Shown here piece after piece: positions 28,883-40,289 of a stretch of 64,000 nt of DNA. Origin of the DNA: Longimicrobiales bacterium (GTDB taxonomy: Bacteria; Gemmatimonadota; Gemmatimonadetes; Longimicrobiales; Gaopeijiaceae). Both the position numbers and the translations under genes were made by a program. How positions within the stretch are numbered: the first letter of the stretch is position 1; each line of letters begins with the position of its first letter. The stretch spans positions 2,240,001 to 2,304,000 of the forward strand of contig OZ241869.1 in assembly GCA_965202805.1 (NCBI GenBank), given 5' to 3'. Below the pieces are notes generated by a model. The model was not told the DNA's origin. It did not search any database and was given only the letters and a program-made list of their open reading frames with translations.

Positions 28883-31800
28883 TGGCGGCCACGGCGCCCG
28901 CGGGGGAAGCCGGTGTGAAGTCGAGCCTTCCCCCCGGCCGCAGGCGCCGGCTTCTGCTGATCGGGAGCCTTTCGCTGGCCGGGCTCCTGTGCGTGGCGAC
29001 GGCGGCGCTGGTGTACACCCCCCCGGGCCAGCGGATGGTTCTGGAAGAAGTTCTTCGTCGGGCGTCGGCGCGGCTGAGCGCGGAGCTGGCGGTCTCGGGG
29101 ATTCGCTCGGCCGACCTGCTCTCCGGGGTCACCCTTTCCGGCATCACCATCGCGGAGGCAGGGCGGCCCGCCTCGTTCCGCGCGGACTCGATCCGCGCGC
29201 GCTATTCGCTCTGGAGCCTGCTCGGCGGGGAGTTGTCTCTCGCCGGACTGGAGCTGTGGAACCCCGTGTTGACGGTCGAGCGCCGCCCCGGGGAAGAGGA
29301 GTCGAACTGGAGCCGCATCCTTGCGGATCCCCGGGAAGCGGCCACCGCTCTCAACCTCCAGGCCGGATCCGGAGACGGTCTGGTCCTGCGCGACATCTCC
29401 GTGTTCGACGGCGACCTCATCGTGCGGCTGGCCACGGACGCGCCTCCGGGAAGCTCCGGCGTCGTGCCGAATCCGGACGGCGACGGCTTCGTGCGCGAAC
29501 AGCGCTTCAGCCGGATCCACGGGCGCCTGCCGGAGGTGGACCTGCGAGCGGAGCGGTCCACGCTCGACGTGTTCGCGCTCTCGCTGCAGGGGAGCGTGAC
29601 CGAAGAGCCCTTCGAACTGGCCGACTTCCGCGGGCAGGTCCTCGTGGGAGGGAGCGAACTCTACTTCGATGCCGAACGGCTCTGGCTCCCGGAGACAGAA
29701 ATGTCGGGAGCGGGCGCGGTCGCCTGGGACGGGGACCTGCGCATCAACGCGAGCCTGACGGCTCCGGTTGCGGCCCTCGAAGACATCCACTGGCTGGTTC
29801 CGGGACTGCCGCCGGCCCGAGGGGCCCTGGCACTGGGTCTGAATCTGAGGCCGGGGTTCACGTCGCTCGCCCTTCCCTCCCTCGACCTCCGGACGGAGGA
29901 TGGGGGACTCGAGGGTCGCCTCACGCTGACCCTTGCACCGGATTCCATGCTTCTGAACGGCGACCTCGCCCTGCGGGAACTGCGTGTCGCCGCGTTGGAC
30001 CCCTGGCTGACCGTGCCGCTCCCCTGGCGGGGTGCGCTGAGCGGCGGCCTGCGCATGCAGGGGAGGCCCGAGGACCTGCAGATTTCGGGCGAACTCGAGA
30101 CGGTCGCGACCGCCCGGACCGGCGATTCTTCCTGGTTCGAGTTCGAGGGTCGGCTGCACCTCGGGCCGAACCCGGGCGTGACCGGCTTTTCCCTTGCCGC
30201 CGCGCCGTTCCAGTACGGCCTGCTGGGCGAAATGGACGAGCGCGTCGCCATCGGAGGCTCGGGGTCACTGCGCGTCGAGGCCGGGGGACGACTGTCCGAC
30301 GGAATCGGCTTCTCCGCCTCGGCGGTGCACGCGGCTGCGGACCTCCCGCAGTCGGACGTTACCGTCAGCGGCACGGTCGGCCGCAGGGACGAGACAACGT
30401 TCGTGGAGGTGTCCGGTGACCTCCGGCCCCTGTCGTTCACCGCGCTTCGCGGCTCCTTCCCGTCACTGCCCCTGACCGGCGAGGTCACCGGAACCGTGAG
30501 CGCCCGCGGGCCATTTGCCGACCTGGCGGTGGAGGTCGACCTCGAGACCCCGGCGGGGCCCCTGGCGATGAGCACGCGCTTCGATGCACGCGACGTCGGC
30601 CGCAGCTACCAGGCGGAGACCGAGGTTCGCGACTTCCACCTCGCGCGCATCGTGCCCGGGCTTCCCGAACCCACGACCCTCACCGGGAGCGTGTTCGTGG
30701 ACGGTCGCGGGCTCGATCCCGACTCCGTCGCAGCCGATGTACGGGCTCGCATCGCTTCGGCCACGGTGGGGGTGGTCACCGTGGACTCGGCTCGAGCGGC
30801 GTTTCGCCTGGAAGCGGGCGCGGCCACACTGGACACCCTGCACGCCGTCACCAGCCTGGGCATGCTCGACGCATCCGGAGACCTGGGCCTCGCGGGAAGC
30901 CTCTCCCCGGGAGAGGTCCGTGTTGCCCTCGTCAGCGAGTCGCTGGACGGCCTGCGACGCTTCTTCATGACCGGCCCTATCATCGCTGCCGACACGCTGT
31001 CGCGCCTCGAGGCCGAATTGCTGCGCCTCGAGGGAATCGATCCCGACACCCTTCCCCTGTTGAGAGAGATCGAAGTCGGGGGGCGGATCTCTGCCGAAGC
31101 CACCCTGCGCGGCGCGGTAGACCGTTTCGCGGCGGAGGGGGTCGTCGCCATCGAGGGATTTCGCTTTCGGGACAACGCGATCACCCGGGCGGAACTGGAC
31201 CTGCAGGTCGACGGCCTGCCGGGAACCGGGGGGCGGCTCACCGCCTCCATCCTCGCGGACTCCTTCGGCATTGGAGGGCGGGATTTCACCTCCGCGGCCA
31301 TCGACCTGGGCCTTTCCCGCTCCGAGGGCCGCCTGCGCGCCGATCTGCAGCGCTCGGACGAAGAGAGCTACCAGGCGCGCGCCACATATCAGGCGGACTC
31401 GACCGGCGGGGTTCTCCACCTCGACGAGCTCACCGCCCGCTTCGCCGGCGGCCGCTGGAATCTGGGCGGGCCGGCGCGCCTCCTGTGGGATGCCGAGAGG
31501 TTCGTGGTCGACGACTTCAGCTTCACCCGTCCCGGGCTGGGGGGCATGAGGATCGAAGCCGACGGGATCATCCCGCGCGGCCGCGGCCCGGCGGACTTCG
31601 ACCTGGTAGTGCGCAGTCTGCCACTGGAGCGGCTGACCCACGTGGCGCAGCTCACCGACCTGGAGGAAGGCAACCTCCGGGGAGTGGCAAGCCTCGACCT
31701 GCAGGTCTCCCGTACCGGTGGCGACCCCGGAATGGAAGCCTCCTTTCAGGCCGAGGGCCTGGGATACGGCAACGTGGACTTCACCCGGGTTGCGGGCGAA

Positions 31801-33387
31801 CTCGAGTATCAGGACCGCAGGATCACCGGCGAGGTCGAGGCGTGGAGCCAGGAGGCACAGGTCCTGTCCGCCCGGGGCGCCCTGGCCGCGGACCTCGAAC
31901 TTCAGCCGGTGCCCGACCGCTTCCCCGAAGAATCGATGGACATCGACGTTGTCGCGCGGGAGTTCCCGCTTGCGGTCGTGTCGCGCGTGATCCCCGGCCT
32001 CGATGACGTGGAGGGCCTGGTCGACGGCGAACTGCGTCTGACCGGTCCCCCGGCGAACGTGCGCACGAACGGGGAGCTGTCCCTGACGGGCGGCGCCCTC
32101 TCCCTTCCGGAACTCGGGGTCCGGTACACGGACGTGGAAGCCGCCCTGGGGTTTGCCGAGGACGCGCTCGTCGCCCTCTCCGCCAGCCTGCGTTCCGATG
32201 GTCCCGCCCGCGTGAACGGATCGCTGCACCTGCGTCCGCTGCGGGACCCGGCCTTCGACCTCGCCATCGACGGAACCAGCTTCCGGGCCGTCAACCGCTA
32301 TGACATCGAGGGGGTCGTCAGCGGGCAGCTGCGCCTGACCGGGAACTATCGCAGCCCGGTCGTGCAGGGGGCGCTGGATGTCGAACAGGGCACCCTCTAC
32401 CTGGACGAATTCGCGCGCTACCAGACGATCGTGGACCTGGCGGACACCACCTTCTTCGCCGCCGTGGACACCACCCTGGCCGGAGTGCTGCCCATCATCG
32501 AGGCGGGTCAGAACCCCTTCCTCGACAACCTGGTCGCGGACATCGAGCTGAGCGTCGAGAGCGACAGCTGGCTGCGCAGCCGCCAGATCGACATGGAGAT
32601 CGACGGCGACCTGGAGCTGGAGTACGACCGCGGCGCACGCCGCTTCGTGGCGGTCGGGGAGCTCGCGGCCATCCGCGGATCCTACAACTACTTCGGCCGC
32701 CGCTTCGTCGTGCAGGAGGGAACCCTCGAGTTCATCGGCATTCCCGGCGTGAATCCGAACCTGGACATCCAGGCGGTCGCCCGCCTTCGTGCCGGAGACA
32801 GCCCGCTCAACGTGATCGCCAACGTGGGCGGCACCCTCGTGGCTCCCTCGGTGGCGCTGACCAGCGACGCGGCCGCTCCCATCGAGGAACCGGAGCTGGT
32901 CAGCTACCTGGTTTTCGGCCGGCCCCCGGCACTGCTGGGCTCCGGCGAGTCGTCGCTCCTGGGCGGGGCGATCATCACCGATGGCCTGTCCCTGGGTCTG
33001 GGTCGGCTGGCAGACGAGTTCCAGGAGGCCGTCGCGCAGGAGATCGGCTTTGTGGACTACTTCGCCATCTCCAACCAGCGGGCCACGCAGCGCCTTGGCC
33101 CCAACCCCAGCCTGCTGGGCACCCTCGCCTCCACCCAGATCGAGTTTGGCCGCTACCTGTGGGACGACGTCTTCCTCTCCGTCGACCTCGCCCCGGTGGG
33201 CACCACCACCCAGACGCGCACCCGCATTCCCAACGCACGTCTGGAGTGGCGCTTCGCCGACCTGTGGGGCTTCGAGAGCTTCGCCGAGGACCCGCTCCTG
33301 CGCCGGGGCGTCCTCGGAGTCCGGCAGAGCGGCCCCACCTACGCGCACTCGCTGGGGCTCTTCATCTATCGGGAGTGGGGCAGATGA
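28882..33387 (+). CDS. TamB/AsmA-like translocation and assembly module protein
   Basis: About 1500 aa, N-terminal TM, beta-taco-like repeats, C-terminal DUF490-like region ([28 protein letters not shown]); coupled to the Omp85 gene. Confidence 0.88.
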   Translation: MAATAPAGEAGVKSSLPPGRRRRLLLIGSLSLAGLLCVATAALVYTPPGQRMVLEEVLRRASARLSAELAVSGIRSADLLSGVTLSGITIAEAGRPASFRADSIRARYSLWSLLGGELSLAGLELWNPVLTVERRPGEEESNWSRILADPREAATALNLQAGSGDGLVLRDISVFDGDLIVRLATDAPPGSSGVVPNPDGDGFVREQRFSRIHGRLPEVDLRAERSTLDVFALSLQGSVTEEPFELADFRGQVLVGGSELYFDAERLWLPETEMSGAGAVAWDGDLRINASLTAPVAALEDIHWLVPGLPPARGALALGLNLRPGFTSLALPSLDLRTEDGGLEGRLTLTLAPDSMLLNGDLALRELRVAALDPWLTVPLPWRGALSGGLRMQGRPEDLQISGELETVATARTGDSSWFEFEGRLHLGPNPGVTGFSLAAAPFQYGLLGEMDERVAIGGSGSLRVEAGGRLSDGIGFSASAVHAAADLPQSDVTVSGTVGRRDETTFVEVSGDLRPLSFTALRGSFPSLPLTGEVTGTVSARGPFADLAVEVDLETPAGPLAMSTRFDARDVGRSYQAETEVRDFHLARIVPGLPEPTTLTGSVFVDGRGLDPDSVAADVRARIASATVGVVTVDSARAAFRLEAGAATLDTLHAVTSLGMLDASGDLGLAGSLSPGEVRVALVSESLDGLRRFFMTGPIIAADTLSRLEAELLRLEGIDPDTLPLLREIEVGGRISAEATLRGAVDRFAAEGVVAIEGFRFRDNAITRAELDLQVDGLPGTGGRLTASILADSFGIGGRDFTSAAIDLGLSRSEGRLRADLQRSDEESYQARATYQADSTGGVLHLDELTARFAGGRWNLGGPARLLWDAERFVVDDFSFTRPGLGGMRIEADGIIPRGRGPADFDLVVRSLPLERLTHVAQLTDLEEGNLRGVASLDLQVSRTGGDPGMEASFQAEGLGYGNVDFTRVAGELEYQDRRITGEVEAWSQEAQVLSARGALAADLELQPVPDRFPEESMDIDVVAREFPLAVVSRVIPGLDDVEGLVDGELRLTGPPANVRTNGELSLTGGALSLPELGVRYTDVEAALGFAEDALVALSASLRSDGPARVNGSLHLRPLRDPAFDLAIDGTSFRAVNRYDIEGVVSGQLRLTGNYRSPVVQGALDVEQGTLYLDEFARYQTIVDLADTTFFAAVDTTLAGVLPIIEAGQNPFLDNLVADIELSVESDSWLRSRQIDMEIDGDLELEYDRGARRFVAVGELAAIRGSYNYFGRRFVVQEGTLEFIGIPGVNPNLDIQAVARLRAGDSPLNVIANVGGTLVAPSVALTSDAAAPIEEPELVSYLVFGRPPALLGSGESSLLGGAIITDGLSLGLGRLADEFQEAVAQEIGFVDYFAISNQRATQRLGPNPSLLGTLASTQIEFGRYLWDDVFLSVDLAPVGTTTQTRTRIPNARLEWRFADLWGFESFAEDPLLRRGVLGVRQSGPTYAHSLGLFIYREWGR

Positions 33388-36275
33388 GCGGCGACATGCT
33401 CATCATTCGAGGAGCGCGCGAGCACAACCTGCGCAACATCGACCTCGAGCTCCCCCGCGAGCGCATCGTCGTCATCACCGGTCTGTCAGGATCGGGGAAA
33501 TCCTCCCTCGCCTTCGACACCATCTATGCCGAGGGACAACGGCGTTACGTGGAATCGCTGTCCGCGTACGCCCGCCAGTTCCTGGGCCTGATGGAGAAGC
33601 CGGATGTCGACGCCATCGAGGGCCTCTCGCCGGCGATTTCCATCGAGCAGAAGACGGTGAACCGCAACCCGCGCTCGACGGTGGGCACGGTCACCGAAAT
33701 CTACGACTACCTGCGCCTGCTGTGGGCGCGCGCGGGCATCCCCCACTGCGCGGAGTGCGGCCGGCCGGTCCTGCGTCAGAGCGCCACCCAGATCGTCGAG
33801 CAGCTTCTGGAGCGGCAGCCGGGCAGCCAGGTCGAGGTCCTCGCCCCCCTGGTGCGTGGACGCAAGGGCGAGTTCCGCGAGCTGTTCGAGCGGGCGCGGC
33901 GCACCGGCTTCGTGCGCGCGCTCGTCGATGGCCAGGTATACGACCTCTCCCATCCTCCCGCGCTCAATCGGTACGAGAACCACGACATCGCCATCGTCGT
34001 AGACCGCCTCGCGGTGCGCGACTCCGACCGCGGCCGCCTCGCCGACTCGGTCGAGACCGCCCTGTCGACCGCCGAGGGCGTCGTTGGGATCCGGGTTCGC
34101 GGCGAAGACGACACCCGGCTCTTCAGCGAGCACTACGCCTGCGTGGAATGCGGCACCAGCCTGCCGGAACTGGAACCGCGCCAGTTCTCCTTCAACTCTC
34201 CGTTCGGAGCGTGCGAAGACTGCGGCGGGCTGGGCACGCGCCGGGAGGTCAACCCCCAGCTTCTGCTCGGCGACCCCAGCCTCTCGGTGATGGAGGGGGT
34301 GGTGCTCCCCTGGGGGGATCCAGCCGGGCACCTGCGCCGGTCGGTGATCCCCGGGCTGGCCGCCGCCTACGAGTTCGACCCGCGCGAGCCCTGGAACACC
34401 CTGGACCCGGAGGTCCATCAGGGCATCCTCCGGGGTTCGGCTCCCATGAAGATCCGCTTCCCCTACCGGTCGGGCGGCTCCGCGGGATACTACGAGGACG
34501 TGTGGGAGGGCGTCGTCGCGAGCATCGAGCGGCGCTACCGGGAGACCGGGTCGGACTACGTGCGCGGCCAGCTCGAGTCCTACATGTCGGTGCTGCCGTG
34601 CAAGGCGTGCGAGGGGACGCGCCTCGCCCCCCGCTCCCGCGCCGTTACCCTGGGCGGCCGCTCCATCGGCCAGGTGATCGAGCTGCCCATCTCGGAATGC
34701 CTGGCCTTCGTGCGCTCGCTCCCGGTAACCGGCCGCCTGCGCTCCGACTCCGTCGAGCAGGCCCCCGGCCCGCCGCTCCCGGCCGAAATCGCCGGACCGA
34801 TCCTGAAGGAGGTGGAAGACCGCCTGCGATTCCTGACCGCCGTGGGCCTCGACTACCTCAGCCTGGGCCGCTCGGCCGACACCCTCTCCGGGGGGGAGGC
34901 GCAGCGCATCCGCCTGGCGACCCAGATCGGCAGCGGCCTGGTGGGGGTGCTCTACATCCTGGACGAACCGTCGATCGGCCTTCATCCGCGCGACAACCGC
35001 GGCCTGCTCGCCACCCTCCGGTCGCTGCGCGACCTGGGCAACACCGTGCTGGTCGTGGAGCACGACGAAGACACCATCCTCGCCGCCGACCACGTCGTCG
35101 ACCTGGGTCCCGGGGCGGGACGCAAAGGGGGCGAGGTGGTGGCCGCGGGCACGGTGCAGGAGGTCGTCAACCATCCGCGCTCGCTCACCGGCGCGTACCT
35201 GCGCGGCGCCCGCGAGATTCCCGTGCCGCCGCGGCGGCGCCCCGCCGACCCCGAACGCCGGCTCGTGGTGGAGGGCGCACGCCAGCACAACCTCCGGGAC
35301 CTGGCGGTGGGGTTTCCCCTCGGGTGCTTCGTGGCGGTCACCGGGGTCAGCGGATCGGGCAAGTCCACCCTGGTGAACCATACCCTGTATCGCGCCCTGG
35401 CGCGCCGCTTCTACCGGTCGGTGGCCCTGCCCGGAGACCACGACCAGGTGCAGGGCGCCGAGCTGATCGACAAGGTCATCGAGGTGAACCAGGCGCCCAT
35501 CGGAAGAACGCCGCGCTCCAACCCCGCCACCTACACCGGTCTCTTCACCCCCATCCGCCAACTCTTCGCGAGCCTTCCCGAGTCGCAGGTGCGCGGCTAC
35601 GGCCCCGGCCGCTTCTCCTTCAACGTCAAGGGAGGCAGATGCGAGTCGTGCAAGGGCGACGGCCTGGTGAAGATCGAGATGCACTTCCTGCCGGACGTCT
35701 ACGTGCCCTGCGACGTATGCCGCGGCCAGCGCTACAACCGCGAGACCCTCGACATCTCCTACAGGGGCCGGAACATCGCCGAGGTTCTGGCGATGCCGGT
35801 TGCCGAGGCCCTCGAGTTCTTCGACCCCGTGCCCCGCGTTCGCAACCGCCTGCGGACGCTGGCGCAGGTGGGGCTCGGCTACGTCCGGCTGGGCCAGCCG
35901 GCGACGACCCTGTCGGGCGGCGAGGCACAGCGGGTCAAGCTGGCCACCGAGCTCTCCAAGCGCGCGACCGGAAGGACCCTGTACATCCTCGACGAACCCA
36001 CCACGGGGCTGCACTTCGAGGACGTGCGCGTCCTGCTGGAGGTGTTGCACCGCCTGGTGGACCGCGGCAACACGGTGGTGGTGATCGAGCACAACCTGCA
36101 CGTGATCAAGACCGCCGACTGGCTCATCGACCTCGGCCCGGAGGGGGGCGCGGGCGGAGGGCGGGTGGTCGCGGCCGGGACACCCGAGGAAGTCGCCGCC
36201 GACCCGACCTCCTACACGGGAGCTTTCCTGACGGATGTACTGCCGGGACGGGCCCGTGAGCGCCGGAGGGCGTAA
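33384..36275 (+). CDS. uvrA: Excinuclease ABC subunit A
   Basis: [42 protein letters not shown], zinc fingers, [12 protein letters not shown]. Confidence 0.98.
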   Translation: MSGDMLIIRGAREHNLRNIDLELPRERIVVITGLSGSGKSSLAFDTIYAEGQRRYVESLSAYARQFLGLMEKPDVDAIEGLSPAISIEQKTVNRNPRSTVGTVTEIYDYLRLLWARAGIPHCAECGRPVLRQSATQIVEQLLERQPGSQVEVLAPLVRGRKGEFRELFERARRTGFVRALVDGQVYDLSHPPALNRYENHDIAIVVDRLAVRDSDRGRLADSVETALSTAEGVVGIRVRGEDDTRLFSEHYACVECGTSLPELEPRQFSFNSPFGACEDCGGLGTRREVNPQLLLGDPSLSVMEGVVLPWGDPAGHLRRSVIPGLAAAYEFDPREPWNTLDPEVHQGILRGSAPMKIRFPYRSGGSAGYYEDVWEGVVASIERRYRETGSDYVRGQLESYMSVLPCKACEGTRLAPRSRAVTLGGRSIGQVIELPISECLAFVRSLPVTGRLRSDSVEQAPGPPLPAEIAGPILKEVEDRLRFLTAVGLDYLSLGRSADTLSGGEAQRIRLATQIGSGLVGVLYILDEPSIGLHPRDNRGLLATLRSLRDLGNTVLVVEHDEDTILAADHVVDLGPGAGRKGGEVVAAGTVQEVVNHPRSLTGAYLRGAREIPVPPRRRPADPERRLVVEGARQHNLRDLAVGFPLGCFVAVTGVSGSGKSTLVNHTLYRALARRFYRSVALPGDHDQVQGAELIDKVIEVNQAPIGRTPRSNPATYTGLFTPIRQLFASLPESQVRGYGPGRFSFNVKGGRCESCKGDGLVKIEMHFLPDVYVPCDVCRGQRYNRETLDISYRGRNIAEVLAMPVAEALEFFDPVPRVRNRLRTLAQVGLGYVRLGQPATTLSGGEAQRVKLATELSKRATGRTLYILDEPTTGLHFEDVRVLLEVLHRLVDRGNTVVVIEHNLHVIKTADWLIDLGPEGGAGGGRVVAAGTPEEVAADPTSYTGAFLTDVLPGRARERRRA

Positions 36276-36511
36276 GCCGCCCGTGGACCAACTCCCCCGG
36301 CACTCGAGCGGATCCATCCACGGACCGCCGGCGCTCGCGATCCGCAGCCGAAACTGGCCCCGGCTCGTTCGCGTCTCCTATTTTGTTAGGTTATGCCATC
36401 GGATGACGCGACATCCCGGTCCATCGCGGCCGGCAGCGCCCATCCGGCGAGCAGGCTGACACCACGAGCGGGCAGAACCGCCCCGCCCCGCCCCGGAGAC
36501 GGAGTGAAGTC

Positions 36512-36931
36512 ATGGTAAGTCGAGAGGATGTCGAGGGCTTCCTGATCCGCATGGATCTGGACTATGAAGAGGTCGACGAGGGCATGTTCCTCGCACACGG
36601 CGACAACGGTGGCGCGGGCGTGGTGGTCCACCACTCGGATCCCGTGCTGGTGTTGCGCCTCAAGATGATGGATCTTCCGGCAGAGCCGGAGGACGAGCTC
36701 ACCGGGCTGTACCGGACGCTGCTGGAGCTCAACGCGACCGACATCGTGCACGGAGCCTACGGCATCGAGGAGGGAGAACTGATCCTCACCGATACCCTCG
36801 AACTCGAGAACCTCGATTTCACCGAACTGCAGGCCTCGATCGAGAGCCTCCAGCTCGCGGCGTCGAGTCACATGGGCAGGATCCGCGAGCTTGCGCAGGC
36901 AGGCAGCGTACCGCAGGCGATGGAGGGCTGA
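36512..36931 (+). CDS. YbjN/CesT-like type III chaperone-fold protein
   Basis: Acidic 139-aa protein with LYRTLLELNA and HGAYGIEEG, typical of the YbjN/CesT fold; directly upstream of pspA. Confidence 0.7.
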   Translation: MVSREDVEGFLIRMDLDYEEVDEGMFLAHGDNGGAGVVVHHSDPVLVLRLKMMDLPAEPEDELTGLYRTLLELNATDIVHGAYGIEEGELILTDTLELENLDFTELQASIESLQLAASSHMGRIRELAQAGSVPQAMEG

Positions 36932-36935
36932 ACTC

Positions 36936-37799
36936 ATGGGAATCTTCCAGAAGCTGTCGACGCTCATCAAGTCGAACATCAACGACTTGATCGCGAAGGC
37001 GGAAAACCCGGAGAAGATGCTCAACCAGATCATCCTCGACATGCGGGACCAGCTCGCCAAGGCGAAGCGCGATGTCGCGGGGGCGATCGCGGACGAGCGG
37101 AAGCTCGGAGCTCAGCTCGATGCCGAGGTCAAACAGGCCCAGGCGTGGAAGAAGCGGGCGGAACTGGCCGTCAGGGAGGGCCGTGACGACCTCGCCATGC
37201 AGGCTCTGGGCCGACAGCAGGAACACGCCCAGCGCGCAGGGGCGCTGGAGCAGACCTGGCGCGCCCAGAAGGAAGAGACGGAGAAGCTCAAGGCGTCGCT
37301 CCGGACGCTGAACGACAAGATCGAGGAGGCGAAGCGCAAGCGGAACCTCCTGATCGCGAAGCAGAAGCGGGCTCAGGCGCAGAAGCGCATCCACGCCACG
37401 ATGTCCGGGCTCTCGGACCAGTCGGCGTTCGATGCGTTCAACCGCATGGCGGCCAAGATCGAAGAGGAGGAACGCCAGAGCCTCGCTCAGGCGGAAGTCA
37501 CCGAGGCGCTGACGGGGGATTCGCTGGAGGATGAATTCCTGAGGCTGGAATCGGGCGGCGAGGGTGCCGCGCTGGACGACCGCCTGCTGGCGCTGAAAGC
37601 ACAGATGGGGCTGCTCCCGGGAGGAACCTCCGAGGCTCCCCGGCAGCTCACCGCCGGTGAAGGGGCCGGCGACGCCCCCTCCGAGGCAGCCGCGGAAGCC
37701 GACGATGCCGACGCCGGGTCTTCCGCTCCGGTCGCGCCGATACAGGAAGCGCAGCTCCTCGAGGAGTTCGAGCGGCTGGGCAGAAACGACGGGTCGTGA
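36936..37799 (+). CDS. pspA: PspA/IM30 family protein
   Basis: MGIFQKLSTLIKSNINDLIAKAENPEKMLNQ, coiled coil, AFDAFNRM, LLALKAQMG; acidic C-terminal extension. Confidence 0.92.
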   Translation: MGIFQKLSTLIKSNINDLIAKAENPEKMLNQIILDMRDQLAKAKRDVAGAIADERKLGAQLDAEVKQAQAWKKRAELAVREGRDDLAMQALGRQQEHAQRAGALEQTWRAQKEETEKLKASLRTLNDKIEEAKRKRNLLIAKQKRAQAQKRIHATMSGLSDQSAFDAFNRMAAKIEEEERQSLAQAEVTEALTGDSLEDEFLRLESGGEGAALDDRLLALKAQMGLLPGGTSEAPRQLTAGEGAGDAPSEAAAEADDADAGSSAPVAPIQEAQLLEEFERLGRNDGS

Positions 37800-37800
37800 C

Positions 37801-38652
37801 GTGGATACGGTATACCTGAACGGCGAGTACCTGCCGAGGGATGAAGCCCGCGTGGCGGCGGATGACCGCGGTTTTCTCCTCTCCGACGGGATCTACGAGG
37901 TCACCCCCGCGTACGGGGGACGCTTCTTTCGCGGAGACCGCCACCTGGCGCGCATGGCGCGAGGCCTGGCGGCGCTGCGCATCGAGTACGACACCGGACG
38001 GCTGCCCGCCGTCAAGCGACGGCTGCTGGAGGTGAACGGCCTCGCCGACGCCGACTTCGCCTACGTCTACATGCAGGTGACGCGGGGCACGGCTCCCCGC
38101 ACCCACTACTTCCCGCCGCACGCCGTGGAGCCCACCGTGTACGCCTACGCCCGCCCGCACCAGCGGCCCCTCAGGGTGATCCGGGAGCGAGGCTTCCGGG
38201 CGGTCACCGCGCCGGACCGGCGCTGGGCCAGGGTCGACATCAAGAGCATCGCCCTGCTGCCCAACGTGCTGGCCATGCAGGCGGCCGTGGACGCCGGGGT
38301 CGACGACGTCATCCTGGTGCGGGACGGGGTCGCCATCGAGGGAGCCCACAGCAATTTCTTCGCTGTGAGCGGCGGTGCGCTGGTGACCCACCCGGCCACC
38401 CACCAGATCCTGCACGGCATCACCCGCGAGTACGTGCTCGAGCTGGCGGCCGGACTGGGGATTCCGGTCGAACTGCGCCCCCTCCCCGTCGAGGAGCTTG
38501 CGTCGGTGAGCGAGGCGTTCCTGACGGGCACCACCACGGAGGTCCATCCCATCGTGGAGATCGACGGGCGGCCGGTGGGCAAGGGAACGGTGGGGCCCGT
38601 GGCGAAGCGGCTGTCGGAGGCGTTTCGCGAGGGGTTGCCGGGCGCGGCGTAG
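37801..38652 (+). CDS. Class IV aminotransferase (D-amino-acid transaminase-like)
   Basis: VYLNGEY, DRGFLLSDGIYEV, DIKSIALLPNV, EGAHSN, ILHGITR, EAFLTGTT. Confidence 0.9.
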   Translation: MDTVYLNGEYLPRDEARVAADDRGFLLSDGIYEVTPAYGGRFFRGDRHLARMARGLAALRIEYDTGRLPAVKRRLLEVNGLADADFAYVYMQVTRGTAPRTHYFPPHAVEPTVYAYARPHQRPLRVIRERGFRAVTAPDRRWARVDIKSIALLPNVLAMQAAVDAGVDDVILVRDGVAIEGAHSNFFAVSGGALVTHPATHQILHGITREYVLELAAGLGIPVELRPLPVEELASVSEAFLTGTTTEVHPIVEIDGRPVGKGTVGPVAKRLSEAFREGLPGAA

Positions 38653-38721
38653 GAAACCCCGCCGGCGGCGTGCCGGACGGAACTCCCGCCCAGGCCTTCA
38701 GACGAGAAAGCCTCCCCGGCT

Positions 38722-39006
38722 TCAGGGCAGAGGCTCGCCCACCGCGACCACGGCGCCCTCGGGCACCAGGTGCAGGTCGTCCTCGATGAGGTGGGTGGCT
38801 TCCGCGAGCACGATGACGATTCGTTCGGGCTCGAGCCCCTGGTCGTGCCCGGGGATTGAATGGTAGTCGTCGCTCGGCAAGTGCATCACCACCCGACCGC
38901 GCCTCAGCGAGCGGTCCGCGCAGGTGCCCACGAGACGCACCGTGGCCCACCCCGGGCGGGGGCTCCATGCGACGTTGCGCGGCGTGTAGATTCGTTGCTC
39001 GTCCAT
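38722..39006 (-). CDS. Small hypothetical protein, possibly GroES-like fold
   Basis: 94-aa ORF with a GGAG RBS upstream; beta-rich pattern (see findings). Confidence 0.6.
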   Translation of the reverse strand: MDEQRIYTPRNVAWSPRPGWATVRLVGTCADRSLRRGRVVMHLPSDDYHSIPGHDQGLEPERIVIVLAEATHLIEDDLHLVPEGAVVAVGEPLP

Positions 39007-39024
39007 GCCTGGCTCTCCTGGCTG

Positions 39025-39486
39025 CTAACCTTCCCTCAAGGTGGAACGCCCGTCAACCAGCAGGTCGCAGGTCGCCTGCTGCGCCGGGGACGGTTCGCTC
39101 GGCTGAGCCACCAGCAGGGCGCGCCCCTTCCCTCCCCGGGGCAGGTGCAGCACAAGCGCCTCGGGATCGGCCGGGGTCGAGTATTCGCGTGCCAGCCCCG
39201 TCCGGTCGATGGCGACGGTTCGTCCGTCGAAGGTGAGCCGGGCGATCGTGCGCGCGTATTCGACCCAGGCGGTGAACGGCTCTTCGCCCGCGGCGATCGC
39301 CGGGACAACCCGGTCGCGATAGTGGCCGAGCGCCTGCTCGAAGGCGGCCGCGTCGATGCCTTTCAGTTCCCTCAGGCGCTCCCTGCAGAGGCCTCGCGGG
39401 TCGCGCGCGCCCATCTTCTCGAGCGCGGCCTCCAGGCGCTGGTCCGCCACGGCCTGGGGGTCTTCGGTGTGTTCGGTGCCTGTCAT
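39025..39486 (-). CDS. Hypothetical protein
   Basis: 153-aa ORF with GAGGG RBS and host-like GC3 bias; co-oriented with 38722..39006; no recognised motif. Confidence 0.7.
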   Translation of the reverse strand: MTGTEHTEDPQAVADQRLEAALEKMGARDPRGLCRERLRELKGIDAAAFEQALGHYRDRVVPAIAAGEEPFTAWVEYARTIARLTFDGRTVAIDRTGLAREYSTPADPEALVLHLPRGGKGRALLVAQPSEPSPAQQATCDLLVDGRSTLREG

Positions 39487-39688
39487 CTGCCCTCGGTGCT
39501 GCCTGGCTGTCGCGCGACCCTCCCGGTCGCAAGATGCCGGTTGCCGGGCGGGCGCGCGACACGCGGGTCGCGTGGTGGCGTGGCCCGTCGACTCTCCCTA
39601 ACTTCTTCTGCCCGGAACCGCGCCGTGACGCAATGCCGGGCGCATCCGGTCCGCATCGCACTCCCGCACTCATCCACACCAGGCTGAC

Positions 39689-40228
39689 ATGCCATCCAGA
39701 TACAACCAGCCCCGCTTTTCGGATCCGACCGGAGACTATCTGGAAGTCTCCTGGGAGATGTTCGGGGAGCTGTGCCGGGCGCTCGCGCTCAAGGTGGCGC
39801 GCGAACACAGGCCGGACCTGGTCGTCGGTATCGCGCGCGCAGGCGTCATTCCGGGGGCCATCGTCGCATCCATGCTGCGCCTCGACTTCCACTCGATGAA
39901 GATCTCGCGGCGGGGTGTCGACAACTCCGTCCGCGAGCGCCCCGAAGTGCTCGACGCGGCCCCGCGCGTCGCCGCCGGCCGCCGGGTTCTGCTCGTGGAC
40001 GAGATCACCACTTCCGGAGAAACCCTGCGGCTGGGGCTCGCGGCCGTGCGCGACGTCGGGCCCGCCGAAGTTCGTACAGCGACCTGCTTCGCGCGGCCGC
40101 GCGGCTACAAGCCCGACTACTTTGCGCTGGAGACCGGTTCCACCGTAATATTTCCGTGGGACAGGAAGATCTTTCAGGACCAGCGGTTCGTCGTGAATCC
40201 GAGGTACGAGAGCGTACTGGACGAATAG
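39689..40228 (+). CDS. Type I phosphoribosyltransferase family protein
   Basis: VVGIARAG and PRPP-binding loop VLLVDEITTSGETL; IFPW C-terminal motif. Confidence 0.88.
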   Translation: MPSRYNQPRFSDPTGDYLEVSWEMFGELCRALALKVAREHRPDLVVGIARAGVIPGAIVASMLRLDFHSMKISRRGVDNSVRERPEVLDAAPRVAAGRRVLLVDEITTSGETLRLGLAAVRDVGPAEVRTATCFARPRGYKPDYFALETGSTVIFPWDRKIFQDQRFVVNPRYESVLDE

Positions 40229-40289
40229 AGTCGCATGCTGGCCGCTCCCCGGAGCGCCACGGCTTGACGATGCCCGACAGGAGGAAGAC

